Part shown: piece by piece, positions 38,967 to 49,523 of the stretch
Layout: each line of letters opens with the position of its first letter
Numbering within the stretch: the stretch's first letter is position 1
Assembly: GCA_049315825.1 (NCBI GenBank)
Contig: JBMOJK010000005.1
Location: 521-64,520 of the forward strand
DNA from: Patescibacteria group bacterium
Lineage (GTDB): Bacteria > Patescibacteriota > Gracilibacteria > BD1-5 > UBA2023
Direction of reading: 5' to 3'
DNA: 64,000 nucleotides
The notes under the pieces: generated by a model
The model's input: the letters and a program-made list of their open reading frames with translations, nothing else
The model's database searches: none
What the model was told of the DNA's origin: nothing
Program-made: the position numbers and the translations under genes

Positions 38967-39680
38967 TTACCTGAAGACTACCAGTTCGAAGTAAGTAGAT
39001 TGGCTGTACCGTTCCATCATAATCATGAAGTCGCGTACCTTCCACCAATCATCCATTTCAGGACCACTTTGGTATGCCTGAGAACTATCCCGGACAAATA
39101 CATACGCATCGCCGGGATTAGTCGCACCGTCTGTGTTATAGCCAACGATCACATACGCATGGCCGATGGGATTTGTTGTTCCCATGTTGCCAGGTTTGCC
39201 CAAATCCCAGTTTGCAAATGTGACTATTGGTGAATTGCGGTTGAGAATCGCATCCTGAATTTTTGCTAAAAAACCAGCATGGTTAGGGGCTCCTGTTGCT
39301 GTCACTTTTGGTACAGTAACGTTTGCTGCCGAAGGCATGTTGTAATTCTTTTTTGCAGCAGTTAGTATGTCGTATAAAGACGCACACCAACCATTGCCAT
39401 TGATGCCACCACCTGGACAGCGGTTCATGGCATATTGACCAGGGGAATTCGTCAGGAAAACCGAATGAATATCACTGAGCGTGGGGACAGGCTTATCCTT
39501 ATTTATCCATCTGGTAACCATTTTAAGAGCAGTGTGACCACACCAATATTTCTGGGTTGGATTCTCATTTGGATCAAATTCATACGCATGCGTAACGTAT
39601 GGATTTAAGCTCACACGCTCAGCATGAGCAAGACTTCCAAAAACCAAAGCAATACCTGCTACGAAGAAACGTAACTTCAT
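38967..39680 (-). CDS. secreted papain-fold (peptidase C39-like) cysteine peptidase
   Basis: AGGAG Shine-Dalgarno 39687-39691. Signal peptide MKLRFFVAGIALVFGSLAHA. Candidate Cys in KYWCGHTALKMV and His in IGHAYVIVGYN. No TGA. Stop TAA. Confidence 0.6.
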   Translation of the reverse strand: MKLRFFVAGIALVFGSLAHAERVSLNPYVTHAYEFDPNENPTQKYWCGHTALKMVTRWINKDKPVPTLSDIHSVFLTNSPGQYAMNRCPGGGINGNGWCASLYDILTAAKKNYNMPSAANVTVPKVTATGAPNHAGFLAKIQDAILNRNSPIVTFANWDLGKPGNMGTTNPIGHAYVIVGYNTDGATNPGDAYVFVRDSSQAYQSGPEMDDWWKVRDFMIMMERYSQSTYFELVVFR

Positions 39681-39730
39681 TTGAAACTCCTTTGTATGTT
39701 TGTTTGATGCCCTCAGTCGAGAGCTGACGC

Positions 39731-39758
39731 AGCATAAAAAATAGATTAATTCTGTCAA
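39731..39758 (-). promoter_or_regulatory. sigma70-like promoter of the secreted peptidase gene
   Basis: Reverse strand: TTGACA, 16-nt spacer, TATGCT. Confidence 0.45.
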
Positions 39759-39788
39759 TTATTCGGATCATACGATGTCATTCCAAAA

Positions 39789-39826
39789 GCTAAATCACTG
39801 TGCGCTTCAGTGCACAGTGATTTAGC
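39789..39826 (-). terminator. 15-bp perfect hairpin (orphan terminator-like element) in a divergent intergenic region
   Basis: gctaaatcactgtgc-gcttcagt-gcacagtgatttagc. On the reverse strand it is followed by TTTTGG. No upstream gene on that strand. Confidence 0.45.
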
Positions 39827-39937
39827 GGAAAATTAAATTTTTTCAACCCATTGACACTATTTGAGCAAATAAACAAAGAAACTCACGAATTCTCATAATT
39901 TACTAGCAAAACTCTCAAAGTATATACACTATGCACG

Positions 39938-40912
39938 ATGGCTAAAAATCTCATACTTTTCCGCGGAAACCTCGAACGCACCATCGCTCGTAATATCGAC
40001 GAATGGAAGCGTATTTTCATCGAGAAATACGGAGATATGAACATCGTCTCGCTTTCATGGGGCGCCGCAACCGAAGCCTCACTGCGAAGCGAACTGCTCT
40101 CGCCGCCGTTTCTCGCAGAAAAACGACTCATCGTACTCACGGGTCCAGACAAGACTGAGAGTGAAAAATCATCCAAAAAATCCGAACCAAAGACCGACAA
40201 AAAGGTGGAAGTTGTTCTTGATATCTTGAGCGAAATCCCGGATTCGAACTTCGTGATCTTCCGAAAATTTGATGATGCAAGTGTTGCGCCGATCTTGAGC
40301 GAGCTCGAGAAATCTGCAATGATGAAAACTTTTGCGCTCATCACCGAGCAGGATCGCATCAACTACGCCACAGAAAAACTCACCCATCTCGAACGAGCTG
40401 GGATTATGGAACTCGTACGCCGATGCGGAGATGATGTGCGGACATTTGAGGGTGAAGTCGAGAAACTTCTCCTCGTCGATGAGATCGATCTCACCACGAT
40501 CAAGGATCACATCCTCGAAAACACCGAAGTCTCTGTATTTCGCATCACGGATGCACTCTTGAGTGGCAATCCTAAATCCACAATAGACGAACTTCGCGCC
40601 GTGCTCGTGCAGTCAGAAATCCGGATTGTGTTCTCGACGCTGCTTTCGGGACTGCGATCGTTTGTATTTTATCGCTCGCTGAAGCAGATGGGAATCGGGG
40701 CAAATGAAGCGATCAAGATGCTCGCGATCCGTGACTTCGTCGCTGCAAAATACGACCGAGTATCGCCGGGTCTTGCAGGAAAACTCGAGAGGCTTTTCCA
40801 AGAACTCGTCGAGATCGAACGACTCTCCAAGGTGGGTGGACTCCCGTGAGATGGAGACGAATCTCTCATTTTCGCCCTTGAGAGTGCAATTTTCGCTTTG
40901 AAAAGCGCCTAA
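39938..40912 (+). CDS. holA: DNA polymerase III delta subunit
   Basis: 324 aa. N-terminus ...LILFRGNLERTI..., PPFLAEKRLIVLTGPD. C-terminal helical domain. TGA 40847-40849 read through to TAA 40910-40912. Confidence 0.7.
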
Positions 40913-40949
40913 AACCACTAAAATCAGCCCATAATTTTCACCAATTCAT

Positions 40950-41870
40950 ATGAAAAAGATTATCGCGATCGGATTTCTTTCGCTCGCTCTCGCTTCATGC
41001 GGAGCATCTAAGCCACTTACCGAGACCGGTAAAAACGAACCAACCATCCAGAAACAAGTAGCCGAAGGGGCAATTGTTAAGGAAGGAGATACGGTTGCGG
41101 TTGACTATATCGGTCGCTTTCCAGATGGAACGGTATTTGATTCTTCTATCCAAGAAGAAGCGAAAAAGGCTCCAGACTACAAGCCACGACCAAGCTATGC
41201 TCCATTTGTCCTCACTGTGAAAGATGGAGGAGGTTCAATCCCAGGTTTTTGGAAGGCAATCGTCGGGATGAAGGTTGGAGAAAAGAAAACCGTTACTCTC
41301 GAACCAAAGGATGCCTATGGTGATGCTTGGGTAACACAAAATGATACCGTTGTAAGTAAGAAACTCTTCGATCCAACTATCGAACAGAAAATCCCACTCA
41401 GTGAGACGAAAGACAAGATCCCAATGCAGATTCCACGTGAAGTTCTCGAGGGACGAGGAAGTCTTCCAAAGGTAGGCGACATCCTCAGCAATGCACAAGG
41501 AGTTTCTGCAAAAGTTATCTCTATTGATGATAAAAATGTATCCGTAGAGGTGGATAACGCCAACAATCCTTTCAAGGGAAAGAAAATCGCAGTAGGCACA
41601 ACAGTGACCTTCGAAGGAAATCCTGCGAAAATCACAGCAGTCGATGACAAGAACCTTACACTTCTTGTAACAAACAAGACAAATCCATTTGCCGGAAAGA
41701 CACTCGAAGCTGGTCTCGAAGGAATGTACGGAGATTCTCAGAAGGTGAAGATCGTAAAGATTGATGGAGATAATGTAACTGTCTCAGTTTCTGTAAAAAA
41801 CACTCACCCAATGGCGGGAAAAACTCTCGTTTTCGATCTCGAAGTTAAGGAAATCAAGGCTACTAAATAA
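40950..41870 (+). CDS. FKBP-type peptidyl-prolyl isomerase lipoprotein
   Basis: Lipobox LALASC. FKBP signature GDTVAVDYIGRFPDGTVFDSS...IPGFWKAIVGMKVGEKK. SlyD-like repeated insert-in-flap modules. Confidence 0.85.
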   Translation: MKKIIAIGFLSLALASCGASKPLTETGKNEPTIQKQVAEGAIVKEGDTVAVDYIGRFPDGTVFDSSIQEEAKKAPDYKPRPSYAPFVLTVKDGGGSIPGFWKAIVGMKVGEKKTVTLEPKDAYGDAWVTQNDTVVSKKLFDPTIEQKIPLSETKDKIPMQIPREVLEGRGSLPKVGDILSNAQGVSAKVISIDDKNVSVEVDNANNPFKGKKIAVGTTVTFEGNPAKITAVDDKNLTLLVTNKTNPFAGKTLEAGLEGMYGDSQKVKIVKIDGDNVTVSVSVKNTHPMAGKTLVFDLEVKEIKATK

Positions 41871-42517
41871 TGCGAATCCACTTCATCACGCTCTTTCCCA
41901 ATGCGCTTTCGAGCTATTTTGAAACGAGCATCATGAAAAAAGCTCAGGAAAGTGGTGCATTTGAGCTCTCGGTCTACAACCTCGCAGATTTCTCAGTCAA
42001 GAATACTCGTCGAGCAGACGATCGGCCATACGGAGGATTTCCAGGGACAATCCTCGCTCCAGAACCCCTTGAGAAAGCCATCACACATGCACAATCTCAA
42101 GACACGAATCCTATCCAGTGGTTCTATCCAGATGCTCGCGGTGAGGTTCTCAGGCAATCTCGACTCGCCTCGATGAGTCAGCTGGAATCCATCGGATTCC
42201 TCTGCGGACACTACGAAGGCATCGACGAGCGAGTACTCCAGCACTACAAGGTCACAAGCATCGCTCTCTGAGAATACGTTCTCACATCCGGAGAACTCGC
42301 AAGCACGGTCATCATCGATGGAGTAGTACGACTCATCCCAGGAGTGCTTTCCGAAGAATCCCTCATCGAAGAATCATTCTCCCCTGGTCTCGAAGGCAGA
42401 CGCGAATATCCACACTACACCCGTCCCGAAGTCTGGCTAGAGCACTCAGTTCCGTCTGAACTTCTCTCTGGCAATCATCGTCTCATAGACGAATGGAAAC
42501 GCAATCATCTACAATAA
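41870..42517 (+). CDS. trmD: tRNA (guanine37-N1)-methyltransferase
   Basis: [10 protein letters not shown]..., [31 protein letters not shown] with TGA 42269-42271 on the conserved Gly. Stop TAA 42515-42517. Confidence 0.92.
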
Positions 42518-42518
42518 T

Positions 42519-43172
42519 ATGTTCGAACAATTCATCCACGAAGCATCTAGCTTCTTCGTCTCATTCTACGGAGTAATTCTCTCAGGACTCACCCTCGACT
42601 TCGCCCTCAAGCTCGGCGTGATCTATGGACTCATCATCTGGCTCGCAGTCATCATCTGGGTGATCAAAGACATCACCAACCGAACGACCAATATCCTATT
42701 CCAGGTATTCTCAATCCTCTTGGTTGTCGTTTTTACTCCGATCTTCGGACTCCCGATCTACCTACTCATCCGACCAAACACAACACTTTTCGAGCAGTAC
42801 TATGAGGAATCCTCTCTCGAAAATATCGATGGTTACGACGAAGATGCCGACATTGAATCCGTCGAAATCGGTCTCGCCTGCCCGCACTGTCACGGATCTA
42901 TCGAGAACAACCACAAATACTGCCCACACTGCAGATTTGAACTCATGGCCGACTGTATCTCTTGTAAGTCTCCAGTGCACGTTTCTTGGAAATACTGCCC
43001 GTCTTGTGGACATGATCAGAGTGAGGAACTAAAGACCGCTAAGAAGGGTGGGAAGAAGAAGGAAGAAAAGGTGGAAGAAGTAGTCCCTGAAAAGATTGAA
43101 GAGGTGAAAGTGGAGGAAGTTGAAGTAAAAGGAGAAGAAATCCTAAAGGCAGAAAAAACAGAAGAAGCATAG
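42519..43172 (+). CDS. membrane protein with PLDc_N-like TM domain and double zinc ribbon
   Basis: TM segments, then CPHCHG...YCPHCRF...CISCKS...YCPSCGH, and a Lys/Glu-rich tail. Confidence 0.6.
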   Translation: MFEQFIHEASSFFVSFYGVILSGLTLDFALKLGVIYGLIIWLAVIIWVIKDITNRTTNILFQVFSILLVVVFTPIFGLPIYLLIRPNTTLFEQYYEESSLENIDGYDEDADIESVEIGLACPHCHGSIENNHKYCPHCRFELMADCISCKSPVHVSWKYCPSCGHDQSEELKTAKKGGKKKEEKVEEVVPEKIEEVKVEEVEVKGEEILKAEKTEEA

Positions 43173-43174
43173 CT

Positions 43175-43210
43175 AAAAAACCACCCACTGTTACAGTGGG
43201 TGGTTTTTTT
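43175..43210. terminator. bidirectional intrinsic terminator
   Basis: aaaaaaccacccactg-ttac-agtgggtggttttttt between convergent genes. Confidence 0.8.
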
Positions 43211-43217
43211 GTTTGTA

Positions 43218-43838
43218 TTAAGATTGATGAAGTATCGCTCAAATAAGAAATACAAGTCAAAGAATACATACGAGCGTTGGAAGTATAAGAAACCAGAGTC
43301 GAAGTTTTGAAATCTTTGCCTCAGGGTAAAGAAATTTTAGACCTGTATAACTGACCCAAATCGAGTAAAACGAAAATATAATGAGTGAAATATCCAACAC
43401 ATCGATGAATCCTATCTCCCCAGATGCCAATGGCGTGGGATAAAATAGAGTATACAGGACTTGAACAATAATTGCCGGAACTGCCCAGATCAAAGAGCTA
43501 TAGAGGTAAACTCGTTTAGCCATATTAAAATTGCGCGTTATTCCGGCATATCCCATTCGCTTATCATACCACCACGAAGCAATCGCAAGTCCGAGGATGG
43601 CGAAGATGGCTCATATCAGCACATTTCTCCAATATCCGAACCAATCGAGATTGACGATATCACCGGCATTTTGTTTCATAAATATCTTCTTCTCGATCTG
43701 ATCTATACTGGCTGCAACACAGTAAAGTACAGCACCGTAGTAGTATACTTTTTCTGATAAGATGAATTCGTGCTTTGCGAAAAATTCTTTTGGTCGCACA
43801 TAGAGTGAGAGCCAAGTGGGGAGTGGAGTAGTTGACAT
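43218..43838 (-). CDS. Yip1-like multi-pass membrane protein
   Basis: ORFs 43611..43838 and 43257..43556 join across TGA 43611. Read-through of TGA 43257 and 43239 ends at TAA 43218-43220. Five hydrophobic segments. Confidence 0.55.
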
Positions 43839-43919
43839 AGGGGTTGTGAGTAAATCATTTAGCTATTTAAATTATACTTCCTGAGTAGGTGGAAAATATA
43901 AAAGAGTGTGTGTTATGCG

Positions 43920-44549
43920 CTACTGCATGGGTGGCAAATCTCTATAGCACTTCACCGTCTCATCCAACAAATACTGGAACACCGATTCATCCTCAACGCC
44001 TCAAGTACTGTTCTTCATATACTCATCTAACTTTCATCCACATTTCTTTCTCTCGGCTTCAGAGTAGATATCCGGATCTCCGTTAGGCTCAAATCATTCT
44101 CGTACTGCTGGCTTCTCATTGCGCAGGATTTTGTACTGTGTTTTATTGAGCATGCTTCAATCAATCCACAACCACTTCCATAGGCCTTTTGCGAGCACGC
44201 GCACTTCCGAATCATCAAGCAGGTAATATTTTTGTTGCTCGTTTGGAATGCTCAGAATATGAACTACATTCATTGACTTCTTTACAAGGGTATCGAGTAT
44301 TTTTCAAGGAATTTTTGTACCAACACAATCACTCATAAAAACTATCTCCACGGTATTTATTACACCGGAATATTGTTCTATTTTTGTAATCATATTCTGA
44401 GTATTATTCTCTCAGCAAGATATCTCTATGGATCATGAGGTTGGGGTAAATATCTGTGGGGGTGATTGTGTGGGTGATGGTTCTTGTACTGGAGGGTACG
44501 AACATCCACAAAGTATGATACAGATAAAGAGAATGAGAATGTTTTTCAT
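43920..44549 (-). CDS. lipoprotein, hypothetical (209 aa, 7 in-frame UGA)
   Basis: ATG 44547-44549. MKNILILFICIILCGCS lipobox. Frame stays free of TAA/TAG for 209 codons with TGA at 44433, 44412, 44304, 44157, 44094, 44034 and 44001. Invisible in the standard-code track. Confidence 0.55.
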
Positions 44550-44618
44550 ACTGAGTAAATAGGAAGCTCAACTTCACGAAGATAATTTTCCCCGTTCATA
44601 CTCCAAAGAAATTTAGAC

Positions 44619-44650
44619 AAAAAAAGAAGCCTCCTCCTTAAAAGGCTTCT
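44619..44650 (-). terminator. intrinsic terminator after the 891-aa/34-aa genes
   Basis: gaagcc-(12 nt)-ggcttc with an A-run on the plus strand, which is a T-run on the reverse strand. Confidence 0.55.
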
Positions 44651-44740
44651 TTTCCAAAACATTATACACACAATCATTTCCAAAATATTAATTTCGGGAC
44701 ATGAAATTAAAAAATCTTTCTAGATTGGCTTATATTCAGA

Positions 44741-44845
44741 CTAAACCGACCCCTGGAGGAAGATAGAAATCATCGGAAGAAGGAAGGAAAGCAGGAGAAA
44801 TAGGACTGTTATGATAACAAAGATCTGTGTGGCACGCTTTTTCAT
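44741..44845 (-). CDS. 34-aa hydrophobic peptide
   Basis: MKKRATQIFVIITVLFLLLSFLLPMISIFLQGSV. Its ATG overlaps the stop of the 891-aa gene (TAATG), the coupling pattern seen at other gene junctions in this window. Confidence 0.4.
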   Translation of the reverse strand: MKKRATQIFVIITVLFLLLSFLLPMISIFLQGSV

Positions 44846-47520
44846 TATGGCTTAATGGTTACTGGATAGGGGGTTTCGTCGATGATGATTTGCTTATTGG
44901 GGATATCGACTGTGATAGACTGTGGATTTGTAATGCTTTGGGCTCTCAGTACATCGATATAGTAGCCGACATTGGTGAGAGTTTGCTGGAAATCCGCAAG
45001 ATCAATCTGTCGTGGGAGCACTTTGATCTGGATTCATCCGTAGTAGTATCCCTCACGAGCATTTTCTTTGCGAATTTTGAAATTCACACCCGAGAATGCA
45101 TGGAGCTGATCAGTAAATATGTATTTTGAGTTCAATTCGATGAAATGATTCGTTGAATTTCATCGAAGTGTGACCGGAACATCAAATACGTCAATGTCAT
45201 AGACTCCACTCTCAACCTTCGCAAATATATTGCGAATCGCAATCGGTGCAAATGATGCGAGATTGCGGAAGTCTTTCTCTATGAGCTCGTGCTGTACGGT
45301 AAGCTGCATGTCTGGACTCATCTCAGGACGAGTTGCAGATGGATTTTGGGACGGATTGTTAGCTGTAGAGACAGGATTTGCTACGAAGAATGTGGTTTTG
45401 AAATAGTTGCTAAAGCTATATCTCGCGCGTTCTTCGATGGAGTTCGATTGTGCAACTTTCTCCCTTGCAACTTTTTCACGATCATCAAGAGAAATTGTCG
45501 CCTGCTTGAAAGCATCAACAACATTCCCAGACTCATCTATATACATGAGGTTTGTGAGGATATTTCCTGGTTCGCGAAGCTGGAAAGAAAATGGCCGACC
45601 ACCTATCGTAACACGAATATCATAGAAACTATCCCTCTCGAAGTCGTTGAGCACTTGAAGCGTTGAGAGATCAATACCATCAAAGCGTGCGAGGTAAGCT
45701 TGGAGTGATTCTTTCGAGAGCTTCGTACTACCAAGCAGGATACCGGTCGCATTGCGAGTTGCATCATTGAGGGTGAGATTCTTGCGATAACCCGTGTAGT
45801 CTGCGAATATATTTCCGAGGTCCTTTAGTTTTCCTGTTGTTGCTGAGAGAATCATGAAATTATCCGTCATATCACCCTGCTTCGTACCGAGCAGCGCATA
45901 GAATTCATCGTGCTTCTGCGCAAGCAGATCTGCAAGAGCATCTACCGCTTTCTTGTAGCTCGTTGTAAAATCGCTGGAGACCTTAGGGATATCACCGCTG
46001 AGGTATTCGTTTTTGAGCGTGAGATTGTCAGGAGCCCCCTCGAAGAAATGTGCGATCGTATTGTCTCGCACTCCATCGAAGATGGTATTGAATGTATAAA
46101 ACAAAGTCGAAAGTCCTGCAAATTTCTCATCGCTGCCCTTAAGTGTTGCAAGATAAAAATTTGCAATACGCACCATATAATAGCCTGTATTGAGAGATGT
46201 TGTGTCTATGATATTGCTATGGATCGAAAGGTACTCTTTTAGAAAAAATACAAACGAAAGGAAATCCTTTTCTCCGATAGCCTTGCCATCTACGAGGAAT
46301 CGGATGAAACTTTCTATATTTTTAGCGAGCTCTTCTTTGGTTGCGCCAGCAAAATAATACGAACTATACACCTGTGAAAGCAGACGATATCGCTCGTCGA
46401 ATTGTACTCATTTCCCAAAAACTTTTCCTATAAGGGTAACAAATGAACTCTGTCCTCATTTGAAATATTCCTCTGATTTTTTCTCGGTTTGGAGGGTGGA
46501 GAGTGCGATGTATCTTCGAACAAGACCTCGAGCATCATCCCCGTAGGCCTTATTCATCTCATCGAGTGATTCGATCCGATCTGTAATATTTCGGATAATA
46601 GACTCTTTCGTGCCCGCTGCTTTGGTGCAAAGCGCATCACAGAGTCACTTATCGAGCAGGAGGAGTTTTTGAAGCGAAACAATGAGTGAATTTTTGAGTA
46701 TAACATGCTTTTTCTTTTCGTTTACAAAAAGCATCGAATAGCGATCGAGGAGCGAAAGATTGTTCTTGTCATCGTGTGACTGAAACGCCTTGTAAAAGGT
46801 GCTAAATCGACTATCCCTCCCCGCTACATACGAACGATACGACGCAAGTAAACTTTGTGCTCACTCACTCTGAGCACCAAATATCTCACGAGGCCCCGTT
46901 ATACTTGAAATATCTACGATGCGAAGCGTATTTACCTGCGCAATACGAAATACATCAACATTTGCAAGATCATCGTTGTATGCTGGGTTGTATCCAAAAA
47001 GCATCGAGGGAAATACATTTACATGTGAAACCACCTGTCAATTCGTCAGTAGTGTCACATCGAGCAGTGCGGAGAGTGAATAGAATCGAATCTCAGTCTC
47101 TCTTGTATCCACAAAGAAAACCCCCTTCGCTGCTTCACTCAATCGAAATCCGTCACCTATAATCTCATAGTTCTCAAAAAGATCATTCGTAGCAAAAAGG
47201 TACACGCCACGAGCGATTTTGATTGTTGTTTTATCTGCCTGTTTTGATACTTCTGGAGTTGGAGTATCTGCATCATAGAGGATTGTATCAAGCATCCCAA
47301 GGGTGCGTACACGAACGGGAGATTCAGATTGTCCGCCTGAACCGGTTGGGAGCAATTCACCTGAGCTGCTGAGTGCAAGGACATCGGATGATTCCAAGGG
47401 TCGCAGTCCAAGTTTTATGCTCTCGTCGACCGTTGGAGTAGCTTCTTGTGTACGCAAAATGACCCCGATACTTATCGCGGAACAAAGTGCAATCAAGAAT
47501 GCAAAAACAAGTCGTTTCAT
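44845..47520 (-). CDS. orphan 891-aa protein with N-terminal signal/anchor
   Basis: ORFs 47038..47520 and 45160..46371 plus the gaps form one frame with TGA at 47038, 46861, 46645, 46456, 46408, 45160 and 45034. N-terminus MKRLVFAFLIALCSAISIGVIL. Stop TAA 44845-44847. Confidence 0.7.
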
Positions 47521-47564
47521 AGATTTTCGGCCATTATACCGAGTTCCGTGCTGTCTTCAACGGC

Positions 47565-48602
47565 TTATGGGAAGACACAGTCCTTGCGAAAGATTGCAAG
47601 ATACTGCGCAAGAAATGGACTATTTCGCAACAGGATGCCGACTTCTCGGTTGTTGTCCAATGAGTTTTGCGTGAAATTGATACTTCAAATCGCTAAAATT
47701 GTACGGTCGATCAGGAATGATTTCGCATGGACATACGGCCCGCTTGCTTGTGTAAATGGTATTTTAGCCTCAGAAAGCCTCGCAACAAGCTTCGGATCTG
47801 GCGCTTGTCATTTTTGCTTAGAGACACAAACTCGCACATCAATTCCCTCGGATTTTCGTTGTGCGAGGATATCTAGCAGTCCCTTGTCTGAGAAAGAATC
47901 CGTATAGAAAAATATCGATCCTACAGCAGTCTTCAAAAGTTGCTCGATCTTGATCCTGGAGTCTGATGGCGAGAGATAAAGCGGATCAAAGCTTGCTCAC
48001 AATTCTCGATCTTCAAAATCCGCATCAAAAATCTTCTGCAGCATATCACGAAGCTTTGCATCGCTTGAAAATACGAAGAATTCTCGATTTTTCTCGAATG
48101 AACTCTTGGTCATATTTCCCGTTGCAATCATCACGGCATCATCCGCGATGAAATATTTCGCATGATCAAAATTGAATTTCTTCTCGTTAGCCCAGGCCAC
48201 TTCCACGCCAGCAGCAACGAGTGTATCGTAGGGTTTTTGATTGATTTTCGGCATCTGATAAACGGTCTTTTCGAGGATCACACGGACCTTAACACCTCGC
48301 TTCTTGGCAGCAACGAGGGCATCAATCATGTCAGTTCGTGTCAAAAGATACATATTGAAATCGATCGAGCGCTGTGCATGATCGAACAGATCAATAATAC
48401 GGTTTGCGATTTTGGCATCCGGTCCAACCGCGATTTCATACGGAAATTGCGGGATAGTACTGGGGTCGAACTGGGAAATCGCTGCCTGCTGTTGTACTTT
48501 TACTTGTTCGTTTTGAGCAACTTGCTTGAGATGTTCAACGTAGGGATTGGCACAGGATACAAGACATACCCCGAAGATGGCTATCCAACTTGAGAATTTC
48601 AT
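47565..48602 (-). CDS. phospholipase D-family lipoprotein with two HKD motifs
   Basis: Lipobox CLVSC. HKD-1 FDHAKYFIADD...ATGN. HKD-2 restored by read-through: VHAKSFLIDRTILAI-G-SINFTQNS, with TGA 47685-47687 on the conserved Gly. Other TGAs at 47997 and 47808. Stop TAA 47565-47567. Confidence 0.85.
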
Positions 48603-48880
48603 TCGCGAAAGGCAATTTTGTTAAGCTTTGGTTCTGATCCAAATTTTCCAAGCGTTGCATTGACTCATTCGACGAGGACGGTAGTGAGGAGTTTGATCTC
48701 AGCACGCGCAAGACTTGAGCTCGTCGAAATCACGAGAACCCCCTGTTTTCCAAGTGCTACTGCAGTCACATAGGGCACGAGATCTTTGCGTCCCTCCGAC
48801 TTCAAAACAGCACCCACTGCACTAAAAAGCAGTGCCGTGAGAACATGAGGGTTGTGTGAATATTTAGTAAGATCGAGCAT
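48581..48880 (-). CDS. DUF721/DciA-like small protein
   Basis: ...AVGAVLKSEGRKDLVPYVTAVALGKQGVLVISTSSSLARAEIKLLTTVLVE-G-VNATLG...KIAFR fits the DUF721 pattern (recognised from memory). TGA 48665 and 48599. Stop TAG 48581-48583. Confidence 0.4.
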
Positions 48881-49523
48881 ACGTGAGGAGTGCGAATCGT
48901 GCAATTCCCGAAAGGTCGTGGAACGATTCAAATTGGTAACCGTATTGTTCTGCTGTGGACTGAGCGATTGAAGTCTGATCGTGCCCAAACTCGAGCATGA
49001 TACGGATTGACTGAGCTGACGAGAAGTATTCGAGTGTTTGCACGAGAAATTGTTCGATGCATTCAAATCCTGTTACCGCTCACCCATAGAGTGCAAGATG
49101 TGGATCAAGCTCTGCAACATCCTGGCCAACTTCCGGATCGTCTACTCGAATATATGGCAGGTTTGCCGCAAAAAAAAGATATTTTCACGAAAAATCTCTC
49201 CCCCGCATCTCAGTGAGCAGATCGGATTTGAGGAATTCAATATTTACTTGATTGACCTGAGCATTTGAACGGGCAACTGAGAGTGCTTCATCAGAAATAT
49301 CTACAGCTATATGCTGTGCCAGCGGAAACATACCCGCAAGACTCACTGCAATAATACCCGATCAAGTACCGATATCGAAGATCACATCCGCAGGAGTACG
49401 AACGAGCTCTTGCTTTGCGCGACGCACGAGCGACTCGGTTTCGAGGCGCGGCATGAGCACATGAGAATTCACAGAAAATTTTCCCCCAAAAAACTCAACC
49501 TGCTCTGGGCGATCATTATGCAT
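48864..49523 (-). CDS. prmC: release-factor glutamine methyltransferase PrmC/HemK-family, lacking the N-terminal domain (219 aa)
   Basis: VLMPRLETE, DIGT-G-SG (TGA 49362), NLPY (NPPY variant), ALYG-G (TGA 49080). Third TGA at 49185. ATG overlaps the upstream stop as ATGCATAA. Confidence 0.8.

Noticed and set aside
44027-44218. 63-aa Cys-rich reverse ORF.
   Set aside because: It is an off-frame overlap of the 209-codon UGA-containing lipoprotein frame 43920..44549.
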